This document shows positions 36,706-46,350 of a stretch of 64,000 bases of DNA, piece by piece (within the stretch, counting starts at the first letter, position 1; each line of letters begins with the position of its first letter). This DNA comes from Candidatus Xenobia bacterium (GTDB taxonomy: Bacteria; Vulcanimicrobiota; Xenobia; Xenobiales; QWHO01). The stretch covers positions 128,001 to 192,000 of the forward strand of contig BTUM01000004.1 in NCBI GenBank assembly GCA_045863235.1, in the 5' to 3' direction. The notes under the pieces are model-generated. The model was not told the origin of the DNA, did no database searches, and saw only the letters and a program-made list of their open reading frames with translations. The position numbers were made by a program, and so were the translations under genes.

Positions 36706-38124
36706 TCAGCGCGCTTTGAACACCGAGCCCGACCGGGGTGGCTGCTCCAGCGTGGTGCCCGCCAGGGTGCCCTGCCCGTAGATCCGCTCCAGTCCGCTCA
36801 GCTCCAGCGTGCACCGCTCGGTGTCGCGGCCCGCGTTGACGGCCACCACGAGCTTCTCGTTCTTCAGCGTGCGGCTATAGACGAACAGCTCCCCGCTGGC
36901 TGAGATGGGGGCGTAGTCCCCCCGCCGCAGGCACTTATACTTGTGGCGCAGCGCGATCAGCTCGCGAAAGATGGCCTGCAGCTCTTTGTCCCAGGTGCTC
37001 TCGTCCCAGGGAAAGGCCTTGCGGCAGTCAGGATCGCGTCCCCCGGTCAGCCCGATCTCATCGCCATAGTAGACGCAGGGAGCGCCCAGGAAAGTCATCT
37101 GGATCAGCGTGGCCAGCTCCAGGCCGCTCCGGTCCCCCTGGCACAGGGTCAACACGCGCGGCGTGTCGTGGCTGTCGAGCAGGTTGAGCTGCACCGAGCT
37201 GATGGCCTCGGGGTAGAGCTTGAGCACCTGGTCCATGGCCAGCTGAAAGGCTCGCGCGTCCAGGGGCTCTTTGGTCCCGTACTGCATTCCCTTTGTCAGG
37301 GAGCGATCCCAGCTCTTGAGGCAGAAGCCCAGCACCGAGCTGGTCCACAGATAGTTCATCACAGCGTCGAACATGTCGCCCTGCAGCCAGCGGCGCGCGT
37401 CTACCCAGATCTCGCCCACGATGTAGCACTCGCGGTTCTTCTTGCGCACCCGGCGGCGGAACTCTTGCCAGAAGGAATCGTCGTCGATCTCGTTGGGAAC
37501 GTCCAGGCGCCAGCCGTCGATGCCCTGGTCCACCCAGTGAGAAGCCACTCCCCACAGAAACTCGCGCACCGCCGGGGTCTCGGTGCGGAACTTGGGCAGG
37601 GCCGGCAGGCCCCACCAGCAGGCGTAATTGGCCGGTTTGCTGTCGTCGTAAGGACTGAGCGGCCAGCCGTGGATGGTGAACCAGTCCAGCCAGGGCGAGT
37701 GGAGGCCGTTCTCGAGGATGTCGTTGAACTGGAAAAAGCCCCGGCTGGCGTGGTTGAAGACTCCGTCCAGCACGATGCGCATACCGCGGCGCTTGCACTC
37801 GGCCAGCAGCCGCTCGAAAGCCCTGTTGCCCCCCAGCAGCGGGTCGACCTGATAGTAGTCGTAAGTGTGGTAGCGGTGGTTGGCGGAAGACCAGAAGATG
37901 GGGCAGAAGTAGAGCGCGTTGATGCCCAGCTCCTGGAGATAATCCAGGTGCTCGAGCACCCCCTCCAGGTCTCCCCCTTTGAAGCCGTGGGCGGTGGGAG
38001 GATGCTCCCAGCCCTCGAGATTGTGAGGCTTGACAAGTTTCTCGCTGCGGGCGAAGCGGTCGGGAAAGATCTGGTAAAAGACGGCGTCGCGCACCCAGTC
38101 TGGAGTGTCGATCTTGGCAGCCAT
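36706..38124 (-). CDS. GH13 neopullulanase/cyclomaltodextrinase
   Basis: AVFYQIFPDRF, GGDLEG, DGVFNH, GWRLDV, VGEIW, LLDSHD, YYGDE. Confidence 0.92.
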   Translation of the reverse strand: MAAKIDTPDWVRDAVFYQIFPDRFARSEKLVKPHNLEGWEHPPTAHGFKGGDLEGVLEHLDYLQELGINALYFCPIFWSSANHRYHTYDYYQVDPLLGGNRAFERLLAECKRRGMRIVLDGVFNHASRGFFQFNDILENGLHSPWLDWFTIHGWPLSPYDDSKPANYACWWGLPALPKFRTETPAVREFLWGVASHWVDQGIDGWRLDVPNEIDDDSFWQEFRRRVRKKNRECYIVGEIWVDARRWLQGDMFDAVMNYLWTSSVLGFCLKSWDRSLTKGMQYGTKEPLDARAFQLAMDQVLKLYPEAISSVQLNLLDSHDTPRVLTLCQGDRSGLELATLIQMTFLGAPCVYYGDEIGLTGGRDPDCRKAFPWDESTWDKELQAIFRELIALRHKYKCLRRGDYAPISASGELFVYSRTLKNEKLVVAVNAGRDTERCTLELSGLERIYGQGTLAGTTLEQPPRSGSVFKAR

Positions 38125-38246
38125 CAGCGCTGGGATTTCGGGCCGCGAAACCGACTTCCCCCTTCGAAGCCTTGTTCGAAATGAGATCCGGCCGCGGGGT
38201 GCGAAGGGCCCGCGCCGGAACAAGCCATGCACACCGGAGGACTGTC

Positions 38247-40805
38247 TTGAAGTTACTTGGCACGATTAAAGTTCGCCCCGAGCTACCCAAACGGCTAGCG
38301 GGGTTGGGCCGGTTGGCCCGAAACCTCTGGTGGGCCTGGCATCCTGAAGCCGTGCGGCTCTTCGCCGATCTGGACAAGCGCCAATGGCAGAGCGGGCGGG
38401 AAAACCCGGTCCGCTTCCTGGCCCTGTTGCCGCAAGACCGGCTGGAGAAGGCGGCCGCCGACGCTGCCTATTGCAAGCGGTACGATCAGGTCATGAACGA
38501 GTTCGACGACTACATCAAGCGCGAGGATACCTGGTTCAAGCGCAGCTTTCCCAAGCAGAGCGACCAGCTGATCGCTTACTTTTCGGCCGAATTCGGGCTG
38601 CACGAGTGCCTGCCGATTTACTCCGGCGGCCTGGGCGTGCTGTCGGGCGACCACCTCAAGACGGCCAGCGATCTGGGCATCCCCCTGGTGGGCGTGGGCC
38701 TGGTCTATAACCATGGCTACTTCGTCCAGCGCATCAACCAGGAAGGCCAGCAGGAAGCCAGCTATCAGCGCCTGGATTTCGACATGGCCCCCATCCGCCG
38801 GGCCACCGACCCCGACGGCCAGGAAGTGATCGTGCAGGTGGAGATGCCCGACCGCCGCGTGGAGGCCCGGGTCTGGTTGGTGGAGGTGGGCCGGGTGCGG
38901 CTCTTCTTGCTGGATACCGACCTGCCGGACAACTCTGACTCCGACCGGCGCCTTTCGGCCCAGCTGTACGGGGGGGACATCCACATGCGCATCGCCCAGG
39001 AGAAAATCCTGGGAATCGGCGGGGTGCGGGCCCTGCGCCAGATGGGCATCGCTCCCACCGTCTGGCACATGAATGAAGGCCACTCGGCCTTCCTCACCCT
39101 CGAGCGGCTGCGCGAGCTGGTCCAGAGCGACGGCCTGAACTGGCACGAGGCGGTGGAAGCGATGGCTCCCTCGGTCTGCTTCACCACCCACACCCCGGTC
39201 CCGGCCGGCCACGATGTCTTCGACCAGACCATGATGGAAGGCCACTTCTGGAGTCTGCGGGCGGCCCTGGGCATGACCGCGGACGAGTTCATGAAGCTGG
39301 GCCAGGAAGGAAATCCCCCGGGCGGCCTCTTCAGCCTGACGGTTCTGGCCATGCGCATGTCGCGCTATCGCAACGGCGTGAGCGCCCTGCACGGCGAGGT
39401 ATCGCGCTCCTTGTGGACCAAGGTCTGGCCGGGCCTGCCCGAATCGGAAGTTCCGGTGCGCCACATCACCAACGGCATCCATGTCCCCACCTGGTTGGCT
39501 TCCCCACTGGCCGACCTGTTCGACCGCCACCTCAAGGAAGGCTGGCGCCACGAGCCCCAGGACCCCAAGAACTGGAAAGAGGTGGACAAGATCCCCACCG
39601 GCGAGTTGTGGAAGGTCCACCAGGGCCTCAAGAAAGCCATGGTGGATGCGGTCAGAAAGCGCATCAAGCTGCGGGCCGCTCGGCTGGGTGAGCCGGTCGG
39701 TCGCCAGGGCGCCGCCGCCGACGTGCTCGACCCGGACGCATTGACCATCGGGTTTGCCCGCCGTTTCGCCACCTACAAGCGAGCCGTGCTGCTGTTTACT
39801 GACCTTGATCGCCTGCACCGCCTGCTGCACGACCCCCAGCGCCCTATGCAGCTGGTCTTTGCCGGCAAGGCCCATCCGGCCGACCTGCCGGGACAGCAGT
39901 TCATCCGGCAGATCTACGAGTTCTCCCGCTCCAGCGAGTTCGCCGGCAAGGTGGTGATCGTGGAGGACTACGACATGGAGCTGGCCCGGGCTCTGGTGGC
40001 CGGGGTGGACGTGTGGCTCAACAACCCGCGCCGCCCGCTGGAAGCTTCCGGCACCAGCGGCCAGAAGGCGGCCATGAACGGAGTGCTCAACTTCAGCGTG
40101 CTGGATGGCTGGTGGGCCGAAGGCTACAACGGCAAGAATGGCTGGAAGATCGGCGAGCCCATCGAGTTCGCCACCTATGACGAACAGGATCTGGCCGACG
40201 TGACCAGCCTCTACGCCACGCTGGAAGACGAGATCATTCCGCTCTACTATGACCGCGACCGCAACGACCTCCCCGCCCTCTGGGTGGACCGCATGAAGGA
40301 GTCGATCCGCACTTTGTCGCCGCTTTATTCGACCCACCGCATGCTGGTGGACTACTGCAACGAGATGTACATTCCGGCCGCCAAGCGGGCCCGCGAGGTG
40401 AGCGCCAAGAACTTTGCCCAGGCCCGCTCGATCGCCGAGTGGCGGGGGCGCGTCAACAAGCAGTGGAGCCATGTGGCCATCCAGGCTCAGATTCCCGCCG
40501 AGGACGAGATTGCCCGCGGGCAGAAGGTCTCGTTCCGGGCCTGGGCCACACTGGGCAAGCTCGATCCCAAGGACGTGCGGGTGGAAGTGCTCAGCGGTCC
40601 GGTCGAGAACGGCTCGGTCAAAGCTCCCGCCACCACCGAGCTGCGCTACACAGGCCGCGAGAACGGGGTGCACCTGTTCGAGGGCGAGGTCGCTCCCCAG
40701 CAAACCGGCAGCATCGGCTTCGGAGTGCGGGTGCGCCCGGTGCACCCCGACCTGAAGTCCCCGGACGAGTCCGGCAAGCTGACCTGGGCCAGCTCCATCA
40801 ACTGA
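38247..40805 (+). CDS. glgP: Alpha-glucan (glycogen) phosphorylase
   Basis: AYFSAEFG, YSGGLGVLSGD, MNEGH, FARRFATYKR, EASGTSGQKA; RBS GGAGG plus TTG. Confidence 0.95.
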   Translation: MKLLGTIKVRPELPKRLAGLGRLARNLWWAWHPEAVRLFADLDKRQWQSGRENPVRFLALLPQDRLEKAAADAAYCKRYDQVMNEFDDYIKREDTWFKRSFPKQSDQLIAYFSAEFGLHECLPIYSGGLGVLSGDHLKTASDLGIPLVGVGLVYNHGYFVQRINQEGQQEASYQRLDFDMAPIRRATDPDGQEVIVQVEMPDRRVEARVWLVEVGRVRLFLLDTDLPDNSDSDRRLSAQLYGGDIHMRIAQEKILGIGGVRALRQMGIAPTVWHMNEGHSAFLTLERLRELVQSDGLNWHEAVEAMAPSVCFTTHTPVPAGHDVFDQTMMEGHFWSLRAALGMTADEFMKLGQEGNPPGGLFSLTVLAMRMSRYRNGVSALHGEVSRSLWTKVWPGLPESEVPVRHITNGIHVPTWLASPLADLFDRHLKEGWRHEPQDPKNWKEVDKIPTGELWKVHQGLKKAMVDAVRKRIKLRAARLGEPVGRQGAAADVLDPDALTIGFARRFATYKRAVLLFTDLDRLHRLLHDPQRPMQLVFAGKAHPADLPGQQFIRQIYEFSRSSEFAGKVVIVEDYDMELARALVAGVDVWLNNPRRPLEASGTSGQKAAMNGVLNFSVLDGWWAEGYNGKNGWKIGEPIEFATYDEQDLADVTSLYATLEDEIIPLYYDRDRNDLPALWVDRMKESIRTLSPLYSTHRMLVDYCNEMYIPAAKRAREVSAKNFAQARSIAEWRGRVNKQWSHVAIQAQIPAEDEIARGQKVSFRAWATLGKLDPKDVRVEVLSGPVENGSVKAPATTELRYTGRENGVHLFEGEVAPQQTGSIGFGVRVRPVHPDLKSPDESGKLTWASSIN

Positions 40806-40839
40806 AGGACTTCCTTCGAGGCCAAATCAACCGATGTGG

Positions 40840-41799
40840 CTAGCCCCCGACCGGGCCGTCCGGGTGGCCGAGCTTCTCTGAAACGCGCTGGTTACGACCT
40901 GCAGGTCTCGCCGCCCCTTCCACCTGGCTTATGCGCCGGGGTGCGAAGGCGGGCTCCAAAAACGTCGCATTGACCAGAGCTCGACGCCAGTGGTTCAGAC
41001 CCGGGTCGAAGTCAGAGCCGCCCAGCCCCAACTCCACCAGGTCGGCCATCCGCGAGTCGGCCCGATAGCGGGCTGCCACGGTGCCGAAGAGGTAATCCCA
41101 GAACGCGAACAGGTTGGAGTAGTTGGAATCGAAGTCGGCCCGCTCGCGACTATGATGCATGCGATGAAAGCGTGGGCTGGCGATCAGGTAGCCCAGAGGA
41201 CCAAAGTCCCAGGGCAGATCGGAGTGCTGCAGGAACTCCACAACCTGAAAGACGAGCAAGACAAGAAAGGCCACCTCGGGCCGAGGAATCCCAAGAAGCA
41301 ATGTGACCAGCATCACTGTGACGACCCGGACGAAGAAAATCTCGGCCCAGGACTGGCGAGCTCCGGTGAGGATGGTAAACTCCTCGGCCGCGTGATGGAG
41401 CCGGTGGAAGCGCCACAGGAAGGGAACCCGGTGCAGCAGCAGATGGGCCAGATAGTGAGCCAGATCGGTGGCCACCAGCCAGAGCGCAACCTGCCAGAAC
41501 AAGCCCGCAGGCGCGCCCAGCAGCCCTGAAAATTGCCAGTGGGGCTTGAGCAGGTGGAGAGCGCCCGCTACCAGGCCCGGCAGGGTGACCAGAGCCAGGA
41601 GGGCAGGAAAAGACCCGAGCAGGGTCAGCCGCGCGAGCCAGAAGACCAGGTCAGTACGAGCGCTGCTACTGTTCGACCACAGACGCATCCAGGAGGAAGG
41701 CTTACGATACAGCCAGGTGAGCAAGAAGTGCTCCAAAAGCAGCACCGCCAGCAACAGGCAGGCGCTGCCCAGGAGCCACTCAAGGCTGGTCTTCGGCAA
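40840..41799 (-). CDS. Sterol desaturase/fatty acid hydroxylase family membrane protein
   Basis: His boxes HLLLH, FHRLHH, QHS, HRMHH; NYSNLFAFWDYLFGT. Confidence 0.85.
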   Translation of the reverse strand: MPKTSLEWLLGSACLLLAVLLLEHFLLTWLYRKPSSWMRLWSNSSSARTDLVFWLARLTLLGSFPALLALVTLPGLVAGALHLLKPHWQFSGLLGAPAGLFWQVALWLVATDLAHYLAHLLLHRVPFLWRFHRLHHAAEEFTILTGARQSWAEIFFVRVVTVMLVTLLLGIPRPEVAFLVLLVFQVVEFLQHSDLPWDFGPLGYLIASPRFHRMHHSRERADFDSNYSNLFAFWDYLFGTVAARYRADSRMADLVELGLGGSDFDPGLNHWRRALVNATFLEPAFAPRRISQVEGAARPAGRNQRVSEKLGHPDGPVGG

Positions 41800-43600
41800 G
41801 GACCACGGCCAGGAAGACGCACAGAAAACCGTTGAAGAGCAGCCACAGCCGGCTGAGGATGGCCGGGATGTAGAGCACCGTGGCCGCCCCCGTGATGGCC
41901 CCGAAGAGCAGGTGGGCCGCGATGCCCGCCGTCAGGCCGGCCACCACGGCGCGCAGGAAGCGGTTCTCCACCACCAGCACGGCCAGGGCCATCGGGATCA
42001 GGCAGCTATAAAAGATCGGGTTGGCGTGGCCGCCCGCTCCCAGCAGCAGCATGTCCCACTGGGGGAAGCCCGAGGTGAGCATCGGGTTGAGCGGCACCTG
42101 GTTGCCCATGAACAGCGGCAGGAAGAAGAATCCTGAAGAGCCCACGATGATCCCGGGCAAAGTGGCCATGGCGCTGATGAGTGCGCCCCGCCGGAGCAGG
42201 GGCAGCAACACGAAGGCTCCGATCACCACGGCCAGACCCAGGCGCCAGGCTCCATAGACGAAGCCGGCCTTCCAGACTGCTTTGCTGGCATCCATGATGC
42301 CGGCGCCGTAGCCCTTCTGCTTGCCTTCCTTGCCCTTGGAGCGCGCCGTGCTCTTCATCATCGCCTCGACCGCCGAGGGATTGGTGACGCCCAGGCTGGC
42401 GATCAGGGCAGCTTCTCCGGCTGCGTGGGGACAGGCCATGGAGGTGCCCTGGAAGTAGAAGTAGCCGCTCTTCTTGTGATTCTGCACTTCGATGGTGTTC
42501 TGCAGCACCCCGCCGGTGGCGTCGTTACGGGTAGAGCCGCCGGGCGCAGCGAGGTCGATCTCGGGCCCAAAATTGGTGTACCAGGTCAGGTTCTCGTCGC
42601 GATCCACGGCCGACACCGAGATACAGGCCGAGTAGGCGGCCGGATAGGAGGGCCGGTTCTTGGACTCGTTGCCGGCGGCGCAGACCACGGCCGTGCCGTG
42701 GCTCTTGGCATAACTGCAGGCCTCGTCCATGACGGTGCTGGGGAACGGGCCACCCAGGCTCATGTTGATGGCGCTGGCCCCATGGTCAGCAGCAAAATTG
42801 ATGGCGTCGGCGATGTTGGCCACCGAGCCCGAGCCGCCCTTGCTGAGCACCTTGACCGGCATGATGGCGGCACCCCAGGCCACACCCACCACGCCTTTGC
42901 CGTTGTTGGTGGACTGAGCGATGGTGCCGGCCACGTGGGTTCCGTGGCAATGATCGTCGAGCGCCTGCACGCGCTTGTTGACGAAGTCGTAGCCCGGCAC
43001 GAAGCGGGTCTGGTCGAGGTCCTCCACCTGGTGGAACGTCTCGTAGTTCTCATAGGCCACGCCCGTGTCGAGCACGGCCACCACGGCGTTCTGGCCGTTG
43101 GACCAGGGCCAGGCCTCGACCGCCTTGACCTGGGTCATATGCCATTGCTGATTGAACATCGGGTCGTTGGGAAAACTTTGAGCAAAGTAGAGATAATTGG
43201 GCTCGACGTGCTGCACCAGGGGATCCTGAGAAAGCTCGGCCAGAAGCGAGGGCAGGCGGTCCTCCGAGACCTCGGCAACAGTCAGGCCAGCCCGCACCGA
43301 GTTCTGAGAGTTGTAGCGCAGGTCGACCTCGAGCCGCTGCTCCAGGGCCACGATCTCAGCCGAGGAGGCGTCGTCCTCGAGATCCACCACCAGGCTGCCC
43401 TCCAGCCGCTGCAGGCCACCGGGCAGGGGGCCCGGCCCATCGGGGTCGGCAAAAGTGGTGGGGGCCTCGGACTGGTCGGTGGCCACGCCCACCCGGGAGA
43501 GCCGGAACTGGTCCTGGCCGCTGTTGTCCCACCAGACGGTGGCGGCCAGGGCCATCAGGATCAGTGCCAGCGGAATGGTGCGAAGCAGGCGTCGGGTCAT
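41780..43600 (-). CDS. S8 subtilase with C-terminal membrane domain (DUF5942-like)
   Basis: VAVLDTG, HGTHVAGTI, AAGN, QGTSMACPH catalytic triad; several C-terminal TM helices. Confidence 0.9.
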   Translation of the reverse strand: MTRRLLRTIPLALILMALAATVWWDNSGQDQFRLSRVGVATDQSEAPTTFADPDGPGPLPGGLQRLEGSLVVDLEDDASSAEIVALEQRLEVDLRYNSQNSVRAGLTVAEVSEDRLPSLLAELSQDPLVQHVEPNYLYFAQSFPNDPMFNQQWHMTQVKAVEAWPWSNGQNAVVAVLDTGVAYENYETFHQVEDLDQTRFVPGYDFVNKRVQALDDHCHGTHVAGTIAQSTNNGKGVVGVAWGAAIMPVKVLSKGGSGSVANIADAINFAADHGASAINMSLGGPFPSTVMDEACSYAKSHGTAVVCAAGNESKNRPSYPAAYSACISVSAVDRDENLTWYTNFGPEIDLAAPGGSTRNDATGGVLQNTIEVQNHKKSGYFYFQGTSMACPHAAGEAALIASLGVTNPSAVEAMMKSTARSKGKEGKQKGYGAGIMDASKAVWKAGFVYGAWRLGLAVVIGAFVLLPLLRRGALISAMATLPGIIVGSSGFFFLPLFMGNQVPLNPMLTSGFPQWDMLLLGAGGHANPIFYSCLIPMALAVLVVENRFLRAVVAGLTAGIAAHLLFGAITGAATVLYIPAILSRLWLLFNGFLCVFLAVVLAEDQP

Positions 43601-43611
43601 CGAGGAACTCC

Positions 43612-45480
43612 TTAGGGTTCAGAGTGCGCGTGTATTCCTTGCTGCGCAGGCGATTCCTTCGCCTGCTCCAGGGTCTGGCCCACGTTGAGCTCGACGGGCA
43701 CCTCGACCCCGGTCTTGAAGTTGCCGAGCAGCACCTGGATCAACTCCACGCAGCGCTCGCCGTCGTCTCGCGCGGCAGCCTGGCGCAACTCCTCGAGCTG
43801 CGAGCCCGGCCAGTCCGGTCCGGGGGGCGCGGTGGTCACCTTCATGATCTTGGGAGCCCCGCTGGGAGCGGTCTCCTCGCCCTCGTTGACCAGGCCCTCA
43901 CGCAGCTTTTCGCCGGGTCGAATGCCGGTGAACTCGATGGGGATGTCGCGGTCGGGCTCAAACCCCGAGAGCCGGATCAGGTTGCGGGCGAGATCCACGA
44001 TCTTGACCGGCTGGCCCATGTCCAGAATGTAGAGCTCGCCGCCCTTTGCGATGGCGGCCGCCTGCAGCACCAGGGTCACCGCCTCGGGAATGGTCATGAA
44101 GTAGCGCGACATCTCGGGATCGGTCACCGTGACCGGCCCACCCTTGAGGATCTGGCGACGAAAAGTCGGGATCACGCTGCCCCGGCTCCCCAGCACGTTG
44201 CCAAAGCGCACGGCCACGAAGCCGGGGGCGCGCTGGCTCACCAGCAGGAGCTCGCACATGCGCTTGGTGGCCCCCATGACGCTGCACGGATTGACCGCCT
44301 TGTCGGTGGAGAGCAAGATGAACTTCTCCACCCCGTGCTGGCGCGCGAGCTCCATCACTTGCAGGGTGCCAAAAACGTTGTTGGAGACAGCCTCGGAGGG
44401 GTTGGCCTCCATCAGGGGCACATGCTTGTGCGCGGCCGCGTGGAACACCACCTCGGGCTTGTAGAGCTCAAAGAGCGAGCGCATCCGGCTCGGGTCGCGC
44501 ACGTCCGCGATGTAGCAAGCGATTTTGTGCTCGCGTAGCTCCAGGCTGATCTCGTAGATGCTGTTCTCGCCCCGACCGAGTAGAATCAGCAGCTTGGGAG
44601 AGAACCTGCTGACCTGGCGACAGATCTCCGAGCCGATCGAGCCGCCTGCCCCGGTGACCAGCACGGTGCGACCTGCCAGGTAGGAGGCCACGCCCTCCAT
44701 ATCGAGCCGGATGGGGTCTCGCTCGAGCAGGTCCTCGATGCGCACTTCGCGCAGCAGGTTGGCTTCGGCCAGCTCGGTCAGCCCGGGAGCCACCCGCAGC
44801 TCGACCTGGCTGCCGGCCAGGCCGTCGACCACTTTGCGCACCAGGGCCGGAGCCGGCTGGGCCAGGATGACCTGGCTGACCGCCAGCGCCTCGACCAGCT
44901 CGGGTAAGTCCTCGACGGACCCCAGCACGGTCACGCCGTGGATGCGAAGGCCGCGATGGTCGGGTTGATCGTCTACCAGGCCGACCACCTGCACGCGTCC
45001 GGGAGAGCGGCGGAGATCGCGCAGCACCGCCTCGCCGGCATCACCGGCACCCACGATCAGCACGCGCTTGCCGACCCCTCCGCGCTGCCTCTCGCTGGCC
45101 AGGCGCAACAGAAAACGAATCCCGCCGCAACCTGCCACGGCGATGAACCAGCCCACGATGAGCGAGGTGCGCGGAAAGACGGCTCCCCCGGTAAAGACGA
45201 CCGCCACCTGGAAGGGGACGAAGGCGATGGTGATTCCTGCCACGATCGAGAGGAGATCGGAGACGCCGGCATAACGCCAGACCTTGTGGTAGATCCCGAG
45301 CAGCCAGAAGACGAATACCACGGTGGTGGCTACGCTGGGGTAGAACCAGGCCACCGGGTCCAGAAAACGGGCCATGGCACCGTGGTCGAAGTCGAGTCGG
45401 AGGGCCACGGCGCCCACCAGGCTCAGCATCACCAGGAAGAAATCTCCCAGCGCCAGACCGACTTTGGTGCGAAAACTCAA
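43612..45480 (-). CDS. Polysaccharide biosynthesis nucleotide-sugar dehydratase (CapD/PglF/WbpM family)
   Basis: 4 TM segments, VTGAGGSIGSE, HAAAHKHVP, STDKAVNP, RFGNVLGSRGSV, RPGEKL. Confidence 0.93.
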   Translation of the reverse strand: MSFRTKVGLALGDFFLVMLSLVGAVALRLDFDHGAMARFLDPVAWFYPSVATTVVFVFWLLGIYHKVWRYAGVSDLLSIVAGITIAFVPFQVAVVFTGGAVFPRTSLIVGWFIAVAGCGGIRFLLRLASERQRGGVGKRVLIVGAGDAGEAVLRDLRRSPGRVQVVGLVDDQPDHRGLRIHGVTVLGSVEDLPELVEALAVSQVILAQPAPALVRKVVDGLAGSQVELRVAPGLTELAEANLLREVRIEDLLERDPIRLDMEGVASYLAGRTVLVTGAGGSIGSEICRQVSRFSPKLLILLGRGENSIYEISLELREHKIACYIADVRDPSRMRSLFELYKPEVVFHAAAHKHVPLMEANPSEAVSNNVFGTLQVMELARQHGVEKFILLSTDKAVNPCSVMGATKRMCELLLVSQRAPGFVAVRFGNVLGSRGSVIPTFRRQILKGGPVTVTDPEMSRYFMTIPEAVTLVLQAAAIAKGGELYILDMGQPVKIVDLARNLIRLSGFEPDRDIPIEFTGIRPGEKLREGLVNEGEETAPSGAPKIMKVTTAPPGPDWPGSQLEELRQAAARDDGERCVELIQVLLGNFKTGVEVPVELNVGQTLEQAKESPAQQGIHAHSEP

Positions 45481-45630
45481 GCATTGAGGGCTTCTGTTCC
45501 AGGCGGGGAGCCTCCTGTCGCGAAGTTCGGTCGCGGGTTGTTACAAAAGTTTTACAAGCCTCCGGTTGGGGAACTTGCCCCGGTCGGTTACAATAGGGGC
45601 AAGCCACAAGACTGACCGGGAGGCCAATCC

Positions 45631-46314
45631 GTGCTCGAAGGCATCGACCGCATCGAAGGGCGTATCAAGCAGATCGAGTCCCGCATCCAGGGGCCGCCGC
45701 CTGACTCGGCCTATTTCCAGCACCTGATGAGCCAGTCCGAGAAGAGCCTCCAGAACAAGAAGCCGGCTCAAGACGCAGCTTCCATGAAGCTCAACCAGTA
45801 CAATCCCCAGCAGTGGGGCGGCAGCACCAACCCGCTGAACCTCACCCCCCTGGCCCAGAACAACTCGGTTTCCTGCGGACAGACCAGCGTGGCCATGTGC
45901 GTCAACACCCTGACCGGCCAGAACCTCAAGGACTATGACATCGACGCCAAGTATGGCTTCGAGCTGATGCGTGCCCTCAATACCGAATGCCAGCCCCACG
46001 GCATCACCTGGGCCGACGCGGGCAACATCGGGGCCGACAAGTGGCCCCTGATCGAACAGAAGGTCAACCAGGAGCAGACTCCCGTCATCGTGGCCCTGAA
46101 CGGGCCCGAGTTCTCGGTTTCGGGAATGGGCCACATCGTGACCATCATCAAGGTGGACGGCGACAAGGTCACCTACGCCGACCCGGCCACGGGTACCACA
46201 CGCACCACCACCAAGGCCAACATGAATAACGCTCCCTCTCACCCCGACGGCAACTTCGTCTTCTACGGCACCCGTCAGGACACCGCCACCAACGCTTTGT
46301 TGCCTGACACGTAG
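45631..46314 (+). CDS. C39-like cysteine peptidase domain protein
   Basis: AQ...SCGQTSVAM, GHIVTI, YADPA; RBS GGGAGG. Confidence 0.75.
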   Translation: MLEGIDRIEGRIKQIESRIQGPPPDSAYFQHLMSQSEKSLQNKKPAQDAASMKLNQYNPQQWGGSTNPLNLTPLAQNNSVSCGQTSVAMCVNTLTGQNLKDYDIDAKYGFELMRALNTECQPHGITWADAGNIGADKWPLIEQKVNQEQTPVIVALNGPEFSVSGMGHIVTIIKVDGDKVTYADPATGTTRTTTKANMNNAPSHPDGNFVFYGTRQDTATNALLPDT

Positions 46315-46350
46315 GGTCTTTACGCCCCGGGTCGAAGGGGCCGTCCGCCC

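Noticed and set aside
38295..40745. Very long antisense ORFs (e.g. 816 aa opposite glgP, 723 aa at 10582-12753, 624 aa at 45541-47415)
   Set aside because: Shadow ORFs expected from high-GC codon bias on the opposite strand of clear genes; no motifs.
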